Positions 13,973 to 28,300 of a stretch of DNA of 64,000 bases are shown one piece after another (the stretch's first letter is position 1; each line of letters begins with the position of its first letter). Source of the DNA: Tubulanus polymorphus (taxonomy: Eukaryota > Animalia > Nemertea); NCBI RefSeq assembly GCF_964204645.1, contig NC_134025.1, positions 8,742,001 to 8,806,000 on the forward strand, in the 5' to 3' direction. Both the position numbers and the translations under genes were made by a program. Under the pieces are notes generated by a model. The model saw only the letters and a list, made by a program, of their open reading frames with translations. It was not told the origin of the DNA and did no database searches.

Positions 13973-14139
13973 GGGGGTCATTCATTTATTACTTATGCAT
14001 TAGATGAGGGGGATGGTTAAGTGCAATTGTAGACTGTAATGCTTAATGTATATGTAAAAATGGCCGATTTTGTGTACAGAGGGAGGGAAGGGGTTGAAAA
14101 ATTCATATTTTATGCATAGGTAATGAATGAATGATCCCC
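13973..14139. mobile_element. Short MITE (PIF/Harbinger-like) just 3' of the MORC stop
   Basis: TIRs GGGGGTCATTCATTTATTACTTATGCAT / ATGCATAGGTAATGAATGAATGATCCCC; preceded by TAA. Confidence 0.7.
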
Positions 14140-14454
14140 AAAAGGCAAAAAATTGATACCTTGTTTCTCCTTTCTGCTGAGCTAAAAAGTTGACCCGGCC
14201 AGCCGCCTATCTACCTTTGTACATTACTACTGGAGAAGAAAACTGATTACAAATTTCATTGCATTTTACAAAATGACCCGGCTGATTAGGAGAAATAGGG
14301 TATCTTTTTGTTTAGTCTGGAGGTTTTTCCTTCCTTCATCGTGAAATACCGGATCTTAACATACTGCTGAAATAATGTGTGCCTGCAGATGTGGTGTAAT
14401 ATGTTAACCATGACACGGTCAATCATATTTCATTTTGTGCTGAATTCCATTTTC

Positions 14455-14649
14455 GAAAGGTGTTAAATGATTGTTGAAAGCCCTTGAAAAAGTTAATTTC
14501 TTCTGTTTAAATATTTCACTTATCGTCTATATCAGAGTATAGTAGCTCCATATTGGAAAGGTGTTAAATGATTGTTGAAAGCCCTTGAAAAAAATTATTT
14601 CTTCTGTTTAAATATTTCACTTATTGTCTATATCAGAGTATAGTAGCTC
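14455..14649. repeat. Two-copy direct tandem duplication, period about 101 bp
   Basis: GAAAGGTGTTAAATGATTGTTGAAAGCCCTTGAAAA...ATCAGAGTATAGTAGCTC occurs at ~14455 and ~14556 with few mismatches. Confidence 0.85.
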
Positions 14650-15918
14650 AAATATTCTTTGAAATGAAGATAGTTTACCTTTGTTTGAATTTTGTCAATT
14701 GGTCGTTTTTTGTCAAAAGTTTATCAGCATGTTTATCACTACTATCCAGGTATATTTATCTTGTTGTATACCACCGATTAGCATTTAAACCTATCACAGT
14801 CAACCCAGCGGTTTTACGCACAATATTTTTGAATCCCATTTACAAAACCTTAGTTCATTGTAAATTAGAATGATGTTTAGTTAGATATCTAGCGCCTTTC
14901 GTTTATCCGGCACGGGAGGGTTCAAATTGTACGTTGGCCGATTATGCCATCTTTAACCACCCTCCCCCTTGTATGATCTTAGTACTGGTAATTAATTTAT
15001 CGACTCCCCATGACAATGCGTGATGACAATCCCTCATCTACCTTCAAATTCAACATGATAACGTCAGGACTTCGATAGCCTAATGATCAGTACCCAATGA
15101 AACAATTGATCAGATCTCTCAGATGTGATCTACGCTCTCACATTGCTTTCCCTGATGCGGAGGATTTTAATTTCATTTACTATGAAGAAGGATAAGAGTG
15201 TTGTGATGGGTGAACTGTAATTTATCTTTGGATTAAGAGATTTAACATTCTTTTCTAACCCCTCCATTCCGCACATTTGAAGTTAGTAAGTACTGGGGAG
15301 AATTTTTATCCCCCTTCCCAAAAATAATACGTACTATTCAAGAATTTTTTGAGTTGACTCCTGGCTGTGTACATAATTATTATCTGTTTATAAAATAAAT
15401 ACATGTTCCAGTCAATGATTTCTCCGGCTTTTCTTATTTATAGTCGTAACACTGCAAATTTCTGTAGTCAAATGTCTAATTTAGCAACTGTCAGTATAAA
15501 ATCCTTCAGCAAGATCAAGGCTCCATTACTACATTTTATCTGCATGTCATCTCTCTGTTGGATTTTGGATTTAAGTTGAAAAGTGGTTCTAAGCATGTAA
15601 GGTACCAGTAGTTGGGATTGAGGTTTACTGACACCGTCGTCCGCTGGGGCCTACATGTATTTTGTCGATTTGACAGGATATCTTCATATCACATTGAGGA
15701 TGCAAAATACGATGTAAAACATGAACAATACATTTATTCAGGGAAGTATGTATATTTTTGAAAGCTGTGACTAATCCAAGCATTAATCAAGTTATTCACT
15801 ATCCATAATACCAGGAATGCAAATTCTACTGTAGACTCTGCCTTACACACCAGTCAGTAAAATTTTCGGAAATATCTCTGACTTGTTATTCGCCAAGTAC
15901 ATGGCACTATATTGTTTA

Positions 15919-18256
15919 TCATCTCTTAACAAATTTGGCTATAAAAAATCCAATGGTGTCATGGTTACACCTAATTAAATGTCTTTCTAATTCGGAAATT
16001 TCCAAATGATGTTGTCTTTGACGTGTGTCGCTAGGATCAAATCTTTGTAAAAGTTTTAACTTTACATCAGATAGTCCAGCTCCGTACAAACCATAACCAC
16101 CAACATGTGGCTCCTGAAAAAAGAAAACACCTAAGTAAGCTTAACTCCAAAAGATATTTGGCTCATAATGCTAAAATCAAACATACCTGTTGATCAAGAG
16201 CTAGACAGGCATATTTGTCTAAGGCCCATTTCACTAACTTTTCGTTTTCTTCTAAAGTTAGTGTACATGTGCTGTAGACAAGGGTTCCACCAGTTTTCAA
16301 TAAGGATACTGCCTAAAATATGAACATAATGTTATATGACTTGCATCACGGCATTTTTCATTCATAATTTGCGGGTATACCTACTGTTTTAAATAGTTTT
16401 TTCTGCAACACACTGTAGGAATTTAATTCTTTTATGCTCATTTTATTCTTTAGCGAAGGTCGTTGACCTAGAGCGCTGCATGGCCCATCTAAGAGTATGC
16501 GATCAAATGCCTTGGCAGGATATGGAGGACTACCATTTAGTTCTATAAAAGAGATTCTTGATTAAGACTTGTAGTGAAGATTGTTGGTTTATGTTGTTTA
16601 GTAACAGTATTCTTTTATCTACTGCTGATATGAATTCATAACATACGTGCATTTTCATCCATGGCCTTTGTGCTGTCATATCCATAAATTTCTACACAGT
16701 CCAAACCCAACTGTTTAACATTCATTCGAATCTTTTCAAGTTTATTTTTAGCTTTGTCAAGCCCTATAACTCGACCCTAAAAATAAGAATATTTATTAAC
16801 ATCTATGTGGGCCCGACATGTTTGATTTATTCAGTTTGTTTTACATACTACGGGCAGTAAAAAGCTTAGTTTCATACTCACTTTATTTTTCATTAGTGTA
16901 GCTATATGGGTTGTTTTTCCACCTGTAATAAATTGAGTAAAGTTTTCAAACGACTACACCAGCACAGCATAAACATGATCTACCCATTCAAACTAGATGT
17001 AGGAATATCTTACCAGGGGCTGAACACATATCTAATACAATTTCACCCGGTTGAGGATTGAGAACATGACTGCAGACAACTGATGGCAAATTTTGTGAGA
17101 AGACCATTGATGGAAGCAGATCATTCAGCGACGGCGCATCATACAGTGGCTCAGTCATCTGCACACCTAAACCGCTTCAAAGATATCAGTAATGCTTTCG
17201 TAAGTTTGAAAATGAAGTGCACCAATTGTGTCTTACAGTACCAACAGCACCATATACCTTGGTAGATTCGAGTCTGAGGAACAGAAAAGATCTTGTCTAC
17301 TAATCTTTGCTATTCCATTACCAACAAATATCTTTTTCCCTTGAAAAGCCTGAGTCAAACCTTTTCTACACATCCCATCAATGTCTGAAAACACTGAAAC
17401 TGTATCATCAGCCTGCATACCTGAAATAGACGGCATGTAGCGTTACATGACGGATCACAATGAAAGTATTGAAGAATAGCATCTGATAGTTCATAATACT
17501 GTACGCTTCTAAATGTACTAGCAAAAACTGTGTACCTGGATGAGCTGCCATAATTCCCTGAGCAAATATGTTGGCTCCGCGAAGAACAGCCATACCGCAA
17601 GCCAGATCTACTATAACTTCTTTTTCATGCTGAAAATGATTAAGCATAGCCAATCATGTTTGTAGGTACCGGTATGTATCGGATAAACGTGAATGACTAA
17701 TGAAACATTACGCTTCCACTTACATGTGGAAGATGTTCATTTTTTTTATGATTAGGTACGACTAATGTATCGGGCAGTAATGGATGTTGTAAGATTTCCG
17801 GTGTGGGTAGATTTTTGATACTATATTGCTGAAAGAAAAGAAACAGAGAGGGTTAATAGATAAATAAACAACAATTACCCCCTCAAAAAAGGCACAACTT
17901 GACAATGCAGTAGCCTATTACGCTTGCCTGTTTCTTATCTAACCTCTTTAAGTGCGATAGCAAGTTTCATTTTGATATTCACCGTCGTTTCAAAAAGCGT
18001 ATTAACCCTTAGAATGGTGTATTTGGGCGGTGTTGCTAGTTCCCGTAGAAGAGATTCGTATCTTTCATCGTTGAAATCACTTTTTTGAACCTTGTCCTTT
18101 GCCTTTTAAAAAGATGAATAAACCAAGAATATTAGAAGTGGACTTGAACTTGGGGAGCGATCATTCTTCTACACATGAGTTGAAACATACTTCTTCGTTA
18201 ACATAACTTGAACGTAGTTGCTCGGACACCTCACTATCTAATGATAAATGTGACAT
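15919..18256 (-). CDS. NSUN6: tRNA (cytosine(72)-C5)-methyltransferase NSUN6, multi-exon
   Basis: PPKYTILRVNT; VIVDLACGMAVLRGANIFAQGIMAAHP (PUA domain); LDMCSAPG-GKTTHIA; FDRILLDGPCSALGQRP; LVYSTCTLTLEENE; C-terminus DTIGFFIAKFVKR with stop at 15919. Start is ATG 18256 or 18262. Confidence 0.95.
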
Positions 18257-18522
18257 TTGCATCAACCTGAAACCCAGTTGGCGGACGATGTTACTGAAAT
18301 AACACTTGTTGACCAGCAGCAGATGTAACATTTGTGAAATGTAAAAAAAGTTTGCGAACAATGTTGACCGTCTAGTGCTGCCCCTATGTACAACGATAGC
18401 GGGGAAAATGTGAACTAACGTAATACTCGCTTGCCAAAGTGGTTGCCTGCCCCGCCGGTAACCAGTCTAACAAACTATTTACCAGGCCAAGAAAATCCTC
18501 GGACTCTTAACAGCAACAACTC

Positions 18523-18654
18523 GGCCCAGTTTCACAAAAAAGTTAACTCAAATTTTTGGTGCAATTGCTATTAGTTACTTCATGTTTTCAATGAGGAAGG
18601 ACAACATTCAAACTTAACCGTTTTCGGCTTAAACTTTTTCGTGAAAATGGGCCC
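18523..18654. mobile_element. Short MITE between NSUN6 and the poly-TIR gene
   Basis: TIRs GGCCCAGTTTCACAAAAAAGTT / AACTTTTTCGTGAAAATGGGCC. Confidence 0.65.
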
Positions 18655-19070
18655 TTGATATTATTTCAAACTTAGAATTAGATAGATAGTAAAAAATAGT
18701 ACCTGCATCGGGGTACTTCTATTTTACTTGAGGAGAGGGGGGATGGGTGTTGATTGGCTCAGTCACCGCTACGACCGCGTGTTTACATCATTTAGTTTAT
18801 GTCTCGCCATTGCAAGAACTCGAGCCAATCAATTTATTATGAATCGCGACAACTCGGAACTGTTAACCAGCCAAGTGCACTCATCTGTTGTTAGAAAATG
18901 AAAAAAACATTTGACGCTGAATGCAGTGTCCGCATTAGCTAGTGTTTTTGATAATTCTCAGTCTCTAATTTTTCATTCTTTAGTCATATCATGTCTACAT
19001 CGATCATAATCACGCACTTCATGCGGGCGAAAAAAATCGAAACGGCGGGATGCACCGAACAACTATTTTT

Positions 19071-19220
19071 GTTTCATGGATATTGCTCATTACTTGTCAT
19101 GCTGTCAATGATTACTTCATCGCTATGGTAATCGCGTCAATATGCCTGTTCATCTCTAATTTGGCGGACACTAATTAAAGATTTTGCCTGTATATTGATG
19201 CGTTTCGTTACTATGGTTAT
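19071..19220 (+). promoter_or_regulatory. Cluster of RFX X-box-like motifs upstream of the giant gene
   Basis: GTTTCATGGATAT (19071-19083), ATCGCTATGGTAAT (19119-19132) and GTTACTATGGTTAT (19207-19220) resemble GTTNCCATGGNAAC. Confidence 0.4.
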
Positions 19221-19385
19221 AATTCATTAATGAGACGCATTGCTACGTAAGGTAGGCCTACCGGTAGACAAAACATATCGACACCACTCGTCTAGAGATA
19301 AACTTGTAAAACTAGAACGATAAGTTATATTAGTATCACCACAGCGTTAGAAATTGTATGTCTCGATTAACATTTCAATTAAATC

Positions 19386-22300
19386 ATGTCGAAGCCAATA
19401 CCACCGCGATCCCGCAAATCGTATCAGCGCATGTTATCCTACGAGCATTGGTTTAACGAATCTGACAAGAAAGGCCCAGTAGTTAGCAGCGAAGATTATT
19501 TTTCGTCTAAGGATGTAGCGCGTTTATGGGTGGAAACACGCCGAAAAGACCTATTGCTGGCGCTCGGCCTGCTGCAAATGTATCCGAGTTTGATACAAGA
19601 TGAAGCGATGGACGACGTTTGGAGGTATCTGAAACCGTATCTGCGCGATGAATATCAACGGGAACCGCACGGTTTGTCCGATGATGAGGATTTATCTGAC
19701 GAAGAGGATGAACTTTATCACCAAATGTTCAGCTGTCCATCACTGTATATATGCACCGACCACAGCCTAGATTCTTCGAAAAGCGACGGCGATGGAGCCG
19801 AAAATGTTGATTCAACAATGCTGAGACCTATTACCGCGTGTCTTTTGCCATTCTTCTTTGTGCATCTTGGCCCAAATGTTTCAGCCGAATCGGACGAAAT
19901 CGATGGTGAATTTTCAAAATTGTGTTCTAGTATATCCGATGCGGATGTCTTTATATTCATTGCAACCGAACGATCTCTGAGAAATCAACACTGTATAAAC
20001 GCCATATGTATTGCCCAGTTCTACGACATTCCGCTGATCATGATAACAGAAACTGGGTTTTCTTTGCCTACGGACTGCGCTAGACCAACCGTTTTGAAAT
20101 ATCTGGGAGTCGACACATGTTTGGATACCAAAAACGAGGAAGAGTACATGGAATTACTATCCGATGGTGAAGATGACTCTTTTTTCATCACAGAACTCAA
20201 GACAACACTTTCGCTTCTCAGTGAAGTGTCGCTTAGCGGCGAGGCAATAGGTTTAGTGGATTTGAAGCGGCTCTTACTGCTAGCACACTCGGAAGCAATT
20301 ACATATGATCTACAATTTCATAAAGGATCAATTTTGCATTTGTACGAACGCTTGCAAGTATTTCTCGGAGGAAAAGCGAAAGAGATACGAAATTATCTAA
20401 TAACTGATACATCAGAGAATTCTGACCATGCTGAAACGAAGTTGATGGCTGAAAGTATGGAGCAAGTTCCACTCCGGGGAATGCTCCGAAGAGGACCCAG
20501 TGATGAATCTGGTAAGCATTCCATTTTCATAAATTAAGTTTCGATTTTTATCTAAAAAAGCAGTTTTTTCTTAGTAAAGGGTAATTTTTTTCAGAACGTT
20601 TACGAAAATACAAATCTTATAGACTTTTGAGACTGTTTGAAGAATTGCGGAAACGTGATCTACCATCTGGAGTTTTCCCTACGTTTTCTGGCGCCCAAGA
20701 CTGGATCGAGCGGCACAAGGATGATCTTTTGATTGGTATGAAACTTTTAAGATATTACCCTGAATTGAAAGATGACGATCTATTCAGTAATATTTGGCAG
20801 TTTTTAGAACCATTCATAAAGCAGGATTGTTTTTGGCAGCAGTATGCCGAGGAGGATACAGGCCGACAATCACCTTTTCGTCTTCGAACACCTATGCCGC
20901 TTCCAAGTGTACGTAAAGGTATTCCCGTAGTTTACATATCAGGCGAGAATGAAGATATAGATGTACTTTCAGCGAAATCCATCAATCCTGATGAAGGTGG
21001 CCGTAAAACATTGGAAGAGATCTCACATTCTTTACTGCCCTATTGTTTTGTTCACGTGGGACCGTCGATAGGTGAACATAATATGAGCAACTATTCGGAA
21101 ATGTGTTCTCGTATCATAAACTGCGACTTGTTCATTTTTATGCTGAACAATGGATCCCTAAATGTTGATAGTTTATGCGCGCTGGAAATTGCTCGTCATT
21201 ACAATGTGCCTACAACTTTTATCAAAGAACTCAAATTTTGCGTCCCTACTGAAGTGGTAAAACCACGACTGTCGGCTTTCCGTTTGAAAAGCAAAGTGAT
21301 TCCACAAAGCCAAATCGACGCTTTGGCCAGCGAAAAACCTATTTGTAGGAAATATGGAATAAGCGCTCCGACGGAACAGTTTGATCGTTTGAAACATAAT
21401 ATTGCTTACGTCACTGATTATGAGAAATTACCGGATGACGACGAAAACAGCATTCATAAAATGTTGTTGGATGCATCAAAAACTGCGATGATCTATGAAA
21501 GTTTAGACTACGAATATTCGACGCAGATGCTGTATAAACATTTGTCGAAAATCCTTGGAAATATTTTCCCGATAATCAAAAACGACGTGCACGAGGTCTC
21601 TGGTGATCCTTCGGATGAAGTTTATGAATTTGAAGCCGATGATGATAAAAATGAATTTGAAATAGTACAAGACATCGGTAAGTTCCGTTCACAAAAAAAT
21701 AAACTGTAGTCAACTGTATCACTTATGTATATGTTTAAACCATTCCAGCTCTAATGATCTTAAGAACTGCCTAGTGATCATACGAAAAAATAAAACACGC
21801 TTGAGTTTCGACTTGTATAATCTATTGGTTTTCAGAAACCCACTCGCAGGCTGAACACTTGACGAAATCATCCTTGCCATCGACACCAGAATTCCCTTCA
21901 CTAAGTGGCGCTCAACAGTGGCTGATTCGACATCGTGACGACATCAATATAATGGCAAAACTTCTCGGAATTTACCCTAAATTGATTGCTGACCCAAAAT
22001 TAGATCTACTTTGGGAAGCAATAAAACCATACCTCCAAAAACAGTATCAAGACATGCGAGAGATTATGTCCTACTTGACTGTCGAAACTGATGAAAATAT
22101 GGTTGCTGACTTCCCCGGAACAACATATTGTATTCCAATGATTTTCATGTGCGGAGATTCTGATGATATATCGGCATTGAGTGAAAATAGGCTCGTAAAT
22201 GAAACTAGCGAAGTCGTACAATTGATGTCACTATCTTGCCTATCATTTAGCTACGTCCACAAGGGAACTGCTTCTCCTGGTTCAGCAGACGATTACGCTG

Positions 22301-25300
22301 AATTGCGCGGTCAAGTTCTAAACAGCGACGTATTCATTTTCTATGCATGCAATGAGTCTTTGAAAAATGATGATTGTTTGAGAGCAGTGAGTTTTGCCAT
22401 CATGTACCGAATACCGATGATCTTAGTCAGAGATTCCAAATTTAATTTTCAAGATGAAATATTAGAGAATGGCCTGATGATATTCGATAATGACATGAGA
22501 GCAGCCATGTTGGATTGGTTCATCTCTGAAAACAATGATGCCGTTGTATGGAATAGAAACTTCTATTTGCCTAGCATTCTACGTCTTTATGCCAAATTGA
22601 CGCACTATTTGGGCGAGGTATGTAAAGCAAACCAACAGAAGTTAGTTGAATATATGAAATCCGGACCAGAAATAAAATCCAGGTCATCAATCACTCGGCG
22701 AAAAAGTAGTACAGATTTGATGGCAGTAAACCGAAGACCGGGCCTGAATATCGACGATGCCTTTCTTCCACTGATCAGAGAAGAATCGGGTGTATTGACA
22801 AGACCTTCGACACCTGTTACCCCTACCGAATCAGATGACGATGATACGTCTAAACATAAAATTCTTATTCGTAAAGAATCGAAAGCTGTACTTAGTGCTC
22901 TTCATAGCAGAATCGGTAATGTATTATCATGTAAACATTATGAATCAAATGGTTTATGATCAAATTATATTGCATCTGATATAAGTATTCTAATAATCAG
23001 GATGCCTCATTTACAACGCAGTTAAACCTTAGTTATTGATTCAATTGTCTTTCAATTTGATCTCATTTATGTATTCATATTTGTTGAAGTGTATGCATCT
23101 TTTTCTTGCTTCAGACGTTGGTTATAGACGTGCCTTTACATCTATGAAAGAATACGACGCTTGGAGAACGAAAGAAGTTCCACTGGGTACGTTCCCTAGC
23201 TGCGAAGGTGCGCAGAAGTGGATCGAGTGCAGAATGGATGACATCAAACTCGGAATTCAATTGTTCAAGAAGTACCCATGCCTTATACTGGAACCACTGG
23301 TTGATGACGCATGGAATGCTGTTGCTCAGTATTTAATTGATACATATCGCTATCGCCGGACCGAAACCTGGCGGTATAGATCCGACTTGGAAAACCACAC
23401 GCCATACGTACCTTCTATTTTCATCTGTCGCGACGGTTTCGACGTCGTTGATGTCATTACGAATTCGCAGCGTGAAGTAAATGCAACTTTAGATAGAATG
23501 GTGAAAATTCTCTCGCAGTTTGGATTTGTGCACTCCGTACCCGTATTACCGATTGGAAGTGATAGCTACACAGCAATCGCTAGCAGAGTCGCCAACAGTG
23601 ACGTGTTCATTTTCGACTTGAACGAAAAGACTCTGAAGAACCAGCACAGCATTACTTCACTCGCAACGGCAGCTTTCAACAGAACACCCATTATAATGCT
23701 CAGGGAGTCGAAATTCCAGCTTCCCGATATTTTCATTCAACCAAATATACAACGAGAACTTTCCAAGACGAAACTAAGACGGCAAAGTACTCGGTCGAAA
23801 TTAGTTCGTCGCCAGTCATCGTTTACCATGTCCGGAGTGTCGGATCGACCAAATGTAGATATTGAAGAAATCATTAGGTCTGGGTATGATGACGCACTAA
23901 TCTACTACCCATCATTTCATTTGTCTGTACTATTACAACTGTATGACAAGTTAGCGTTGTATCTCGGTCCGATTTGCTTACAGACGAAAGATAGATTAAT
24001 GAAAATGTACGACGAACAGTTCAATAACGAAGATGAAAGCGATTTTCAGATTGTGGAGGATAGTGCACACATTGCTGCTCCTCTCCACCGAGTACAGATC
24101 TCTATAGATAATGACGAGGCCACACGATCGTCCGAGGATGATGGTAAAATTCTAGACCATGATCTTAACGAGACGATTAGAGATGATCTGAGTAGTTTCA
24201 ATGATATGCGTGTCTCTAACGATATAGCTTCTGAACCTTGCACGGCCGAACTAATGAATTCGAGCGCTGACATCATAGACAACGGTGACGAGGCATCGCA
24301 TAACGATAGCGATGAACATTTTTCATCCAGTTATGATGTTGAGGAAAATGGACGAAATCTCTACAGTGAGCAAACAAATCTCGGTAAGCTTGATCGTATG
24401 GATAGAAAAGAATCTAACATTCAAGATGAATGAATTGAATTGTAAATAATTTTTGTGAACATCATCAACTACATGTATGTACGCGTATGCTTATTCGGGT
24501 TACATGTTTATCGTTTTATAGATAAAAACACTGATCAAGAACAATTGAAATCACTCGATGAACAATCATATTTTCGAGTACGGGAGATTATATCAGACGG
24601 ATGGCAGTCTGATGATGAAGATTCAAGAGCTGGTAGTATAATAAATCTGATAAATAATGAAAAACTGTACACTCCACCTCAATCACCCTCACCGACAGGT
24701 AAATACTCTTCGGCATCATAACCTCTCTATATCTGTTATTTCATGAATAAAAAAGTTTGAAAACTAAAACGATTAAAGATGAGACATCGGCATGGTCAGT
24801 TACATACATGTATGTATTTTCTGTAGCGTGCCATTGTAGTTAATCAAGATGGCAAATTAATTAACGAGATCAATACCTCCTATACCGCTCGTTAGCTACA
24901 CAGCTTCACTATTATAGATGATAATGATACACAGTATCAGCTGGAGCTGGAGGGCGTGTCAGGTATTTTAAATAGACTATTGCATTTTGTATTGATCATC
25001 CGTGTTCTATCTACTTAATCCAGAACAAACATTGAATGACGCGCTCAAACAGTCTCCCTCACGTTTGCCATACGACGAGGACAGACTCGAAGGAATTCAG
25101 TTCAGAGCAACGGTTCGACAGCCATCGCTCGACGTTACGAATACAACTATCAATATTGGATATACAGAACTTCGCAACGATGCAAGTACATTTGACATTG
25201 ACGTTCAAGGCTGCCTTCTCAAGTTAACGAATGGAGACGTTCGTGATAGAAGATGCGCGTCAGAGGAGTGGCAAACTGATGACGAAAGAAGCACTGCAAG

Positions 25301-28300
25301 TATAAGTTCAGTTTGGCCAAGAGAGCCATCGCTTCCAACCGAAGACCATCCGTCGTCTACAGGTAAGTTGAAAAGAAAAGTCAAACAATTTAGATTTTAT
25401 GTTCATCGATAAATCGATTGATAAAAGCAATGTAGCAGTATAGATCTACTAAATATTTCAATGATGACATATCTCAGTATTTGGCAAAAATTACATGAAA
25501 TTTATGGGTGATCTGATAACGTTAAACTCACATTGAAATGAATACGTTTTTGAATGGTTACTTTACCAGATATGGATACCGAAAAAAAAAGAATTGATGA
25601 AGTGATGACGAAATTTTCAAGTGCCGATACGTTAATACCTGTCCAGCAAAAGTGTGAAACGAATGACCTTCTTCAATATTCTGATAAAGAAGAGAATATC
25701 TCTGAGTTCAATATGTCTGGGAAACGATATGGCGAAAGCAAATGTGCATTCGAAGATTTAGAACACAAATGTGACGTGAAAGATTTGATAAATATGAAAG
25801 ATGAAACACAAGTTTCGATCAATGATGACACGATGGGAATCGACAGGAATGATATTTATCGTGAAGTTGGAAGCTATCAATCGCAAGAATCTGTAATCAA
25901 TGGGAATGAATGTGTAACTGCTCACGAAATTGAAAAACGCTCAAGATTATCTGGTGATAGTGTTAATTTGAATACAATTTCTAGCATTAGCGAAAATTTA
26001 ACAGATCCGCTAAAAGGCGTTGCCGAATCTTGCGTCAGAGAACAGAAGATAGAATTCGTTGACGATCTTATTTTCATCGAAGTTGAAACACCAGTCGAAC
26101 CTTCACTCATGCTCGGTGCGTCGGACGTAGAATTTGATACGATGAAAAGTGATTCCGTCAGGCACAAAGTAAGTAACATCGATGGGATCGATGAAGAATC
26201 TGCTATGGATGACGTCGATAGAAATGTAGTATCGAAGAATCAACGTGAAACAGGAGAAGTGAGTGACATGCCAACAGATAGCGGATTAAAATCTGAAGAT
26301 GATGCCTCCGTTTTCAAGGCAATCGATACGGCTGATGAAATGGACGATAATTTGTTCGGATCAGGAGAAGAGAACGGCGCAAAGTCAACTAGCAAAAATA
26401 AATTGGAACGAAGTGACTCGTCTTATTCTGACGTTATGTCGCATAATATTTCAGAAAAGTATGATTTAGAAGAAAACGAACCTACAGGCGACGGGGAAAG
26501 CATAGAAAAAGTATTGGAGAAGGATTTTCTGACTGATGACTGCAAAGGCAAGTTAGTTGAAGATTTATCAGATGAATGTAAGCACGTAACGGGGACACAA
26601 GATATGCACAGTTTTCAGTTATCGCACAATGATATATGCGATGACAAGGAACTAAGCGGTCACTCGATAATCAGCAAACAGTCAGCATCATTTGTTATTT
26701 GGAATGATCATTCACGGGCATCAGATATCAATGATTTTGCTGAAAACTACGTACGGAATTGGAGATCTGATGAAATTGCTGATACTAGACAAATGTCTGA
26801 AAACTCATTAAAAGTTGCCATAAATGAATGTAATTCGCTAGAGAATATTCCAAAAATATCCGACGAAATTGTTGATAACTTTGATACTGATTCGTTGGAA
26901 AAAGCAAGACTTTCGGCTTTCTCAGCGAGCACCGAAGGTGGCAAGGACTGTTTGTATTTCGACAACGATTCTCTCGAGGAATTACCTATGAATAATCATC
27001 ACTTACACCAAGTATTTGGATTATCAAATCACAAAGGTTTGTTTAGCTTTCATATTCATCCTGCAAATCTAAAATCTACAGTGGTGTCAAAATATGTTTC
27101 AAATGTCAGTTTCAGGTTCCAGTAACTCACAACTTGAATGGACAGATAAATCCATTGCTAAAGATTGGTTGTGCAAAAATCAAATGTACGTCACGAAAAC
27201 AATGGAAACTCTAAACAGATATCCAGACTTACTCGATGATATCGGCATGAATGGTTGGAACATAACAAAAAAGCCTAGCAATAGCTCTGTAGGTAGGCCA
27301 AATGTCTATCTATGCGGTTACGACAAGGCTTTAGATCCAAAGATGCCAATAATGTTTCAGCAACCTAAAGCGCTGGATCAAATAACCAAAGCATTAACCC
27401 CTTATTGTTTTGTTCACCATGGGCCACCACAAACTGCAAATACCAGCGAACAATTAAAGGATTTGGTCGAACAAGATGTGTCGAAGTCTGATATTTTCAT
27501 ATTTTATCGCAATGAATTTTCATGTATCGATCCTATTTCCCTTTATGCCCTGGCACTTGCTGAAGAATATAAGAAGAAAGTATTTTACATTTCCGACAAG
27601 GAATCAATGGTCATCGGGAAAACCAATAAAAAAGTGATCGATACCAAGACTACAGTAGACAAGGAGATAATGGAGTTAGATTATGTTGTGAGTGACCTAA
27701 GGGAAGAATTAGAACAAATCAATGCAGACTCATTCCTGCATGAAAACGGTACATTGGATTTTGAAACACTGAAGGCGTTTCACAATGCTTTAAACAGTTG
27801 TTTAGATGGTTTATTTGATCTAGAAGAGGAAAAGATAAGAAATCTATTCGACGAAGGTTGCTTAGCAGATTCACGGAATGATGAGGAAAAAAAACTGAGA
27901 AATATCCCCCTGATCCACGTTTGTATGGGAGAACCAAACATCACAATTGCGTGCGGTGACTCTAACCTTCCTAAGGGGATAGAAAAAATACTTCGCGTCC
28001 TAGCCCCGTACTCTTATGTCCATATTGGGCCGACGTACGGTGGATTCGGCGACGACAGGGAGAAATCATATGCTTCGATCTGCGAAAGTGATTTAATGGT
28101 ATTCGTTATGAACGACATGAATCTCGTCAGTCAGGCGAGCATTAATACTCTCTACTACGCTTATGGGCAATCCTTGCCGATCATTTACATCAGAACTCCG
28201 GAATTTGAACTGGACGAATGTGCGTCTCCAGATTTATATGAATTACGCGAACAGCCAGGATTTAAAAGTGACATCAACATCATAGATATCCTTTCAGAAG

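Noticed and set aside
16298-16312. Second U12 donor (GTATCCTT on the minus strand) in NSUN6
   Set aside because: It lies inside coding sequence (AVSLLKTGGTLVYSTC) right after a normal acceptor.
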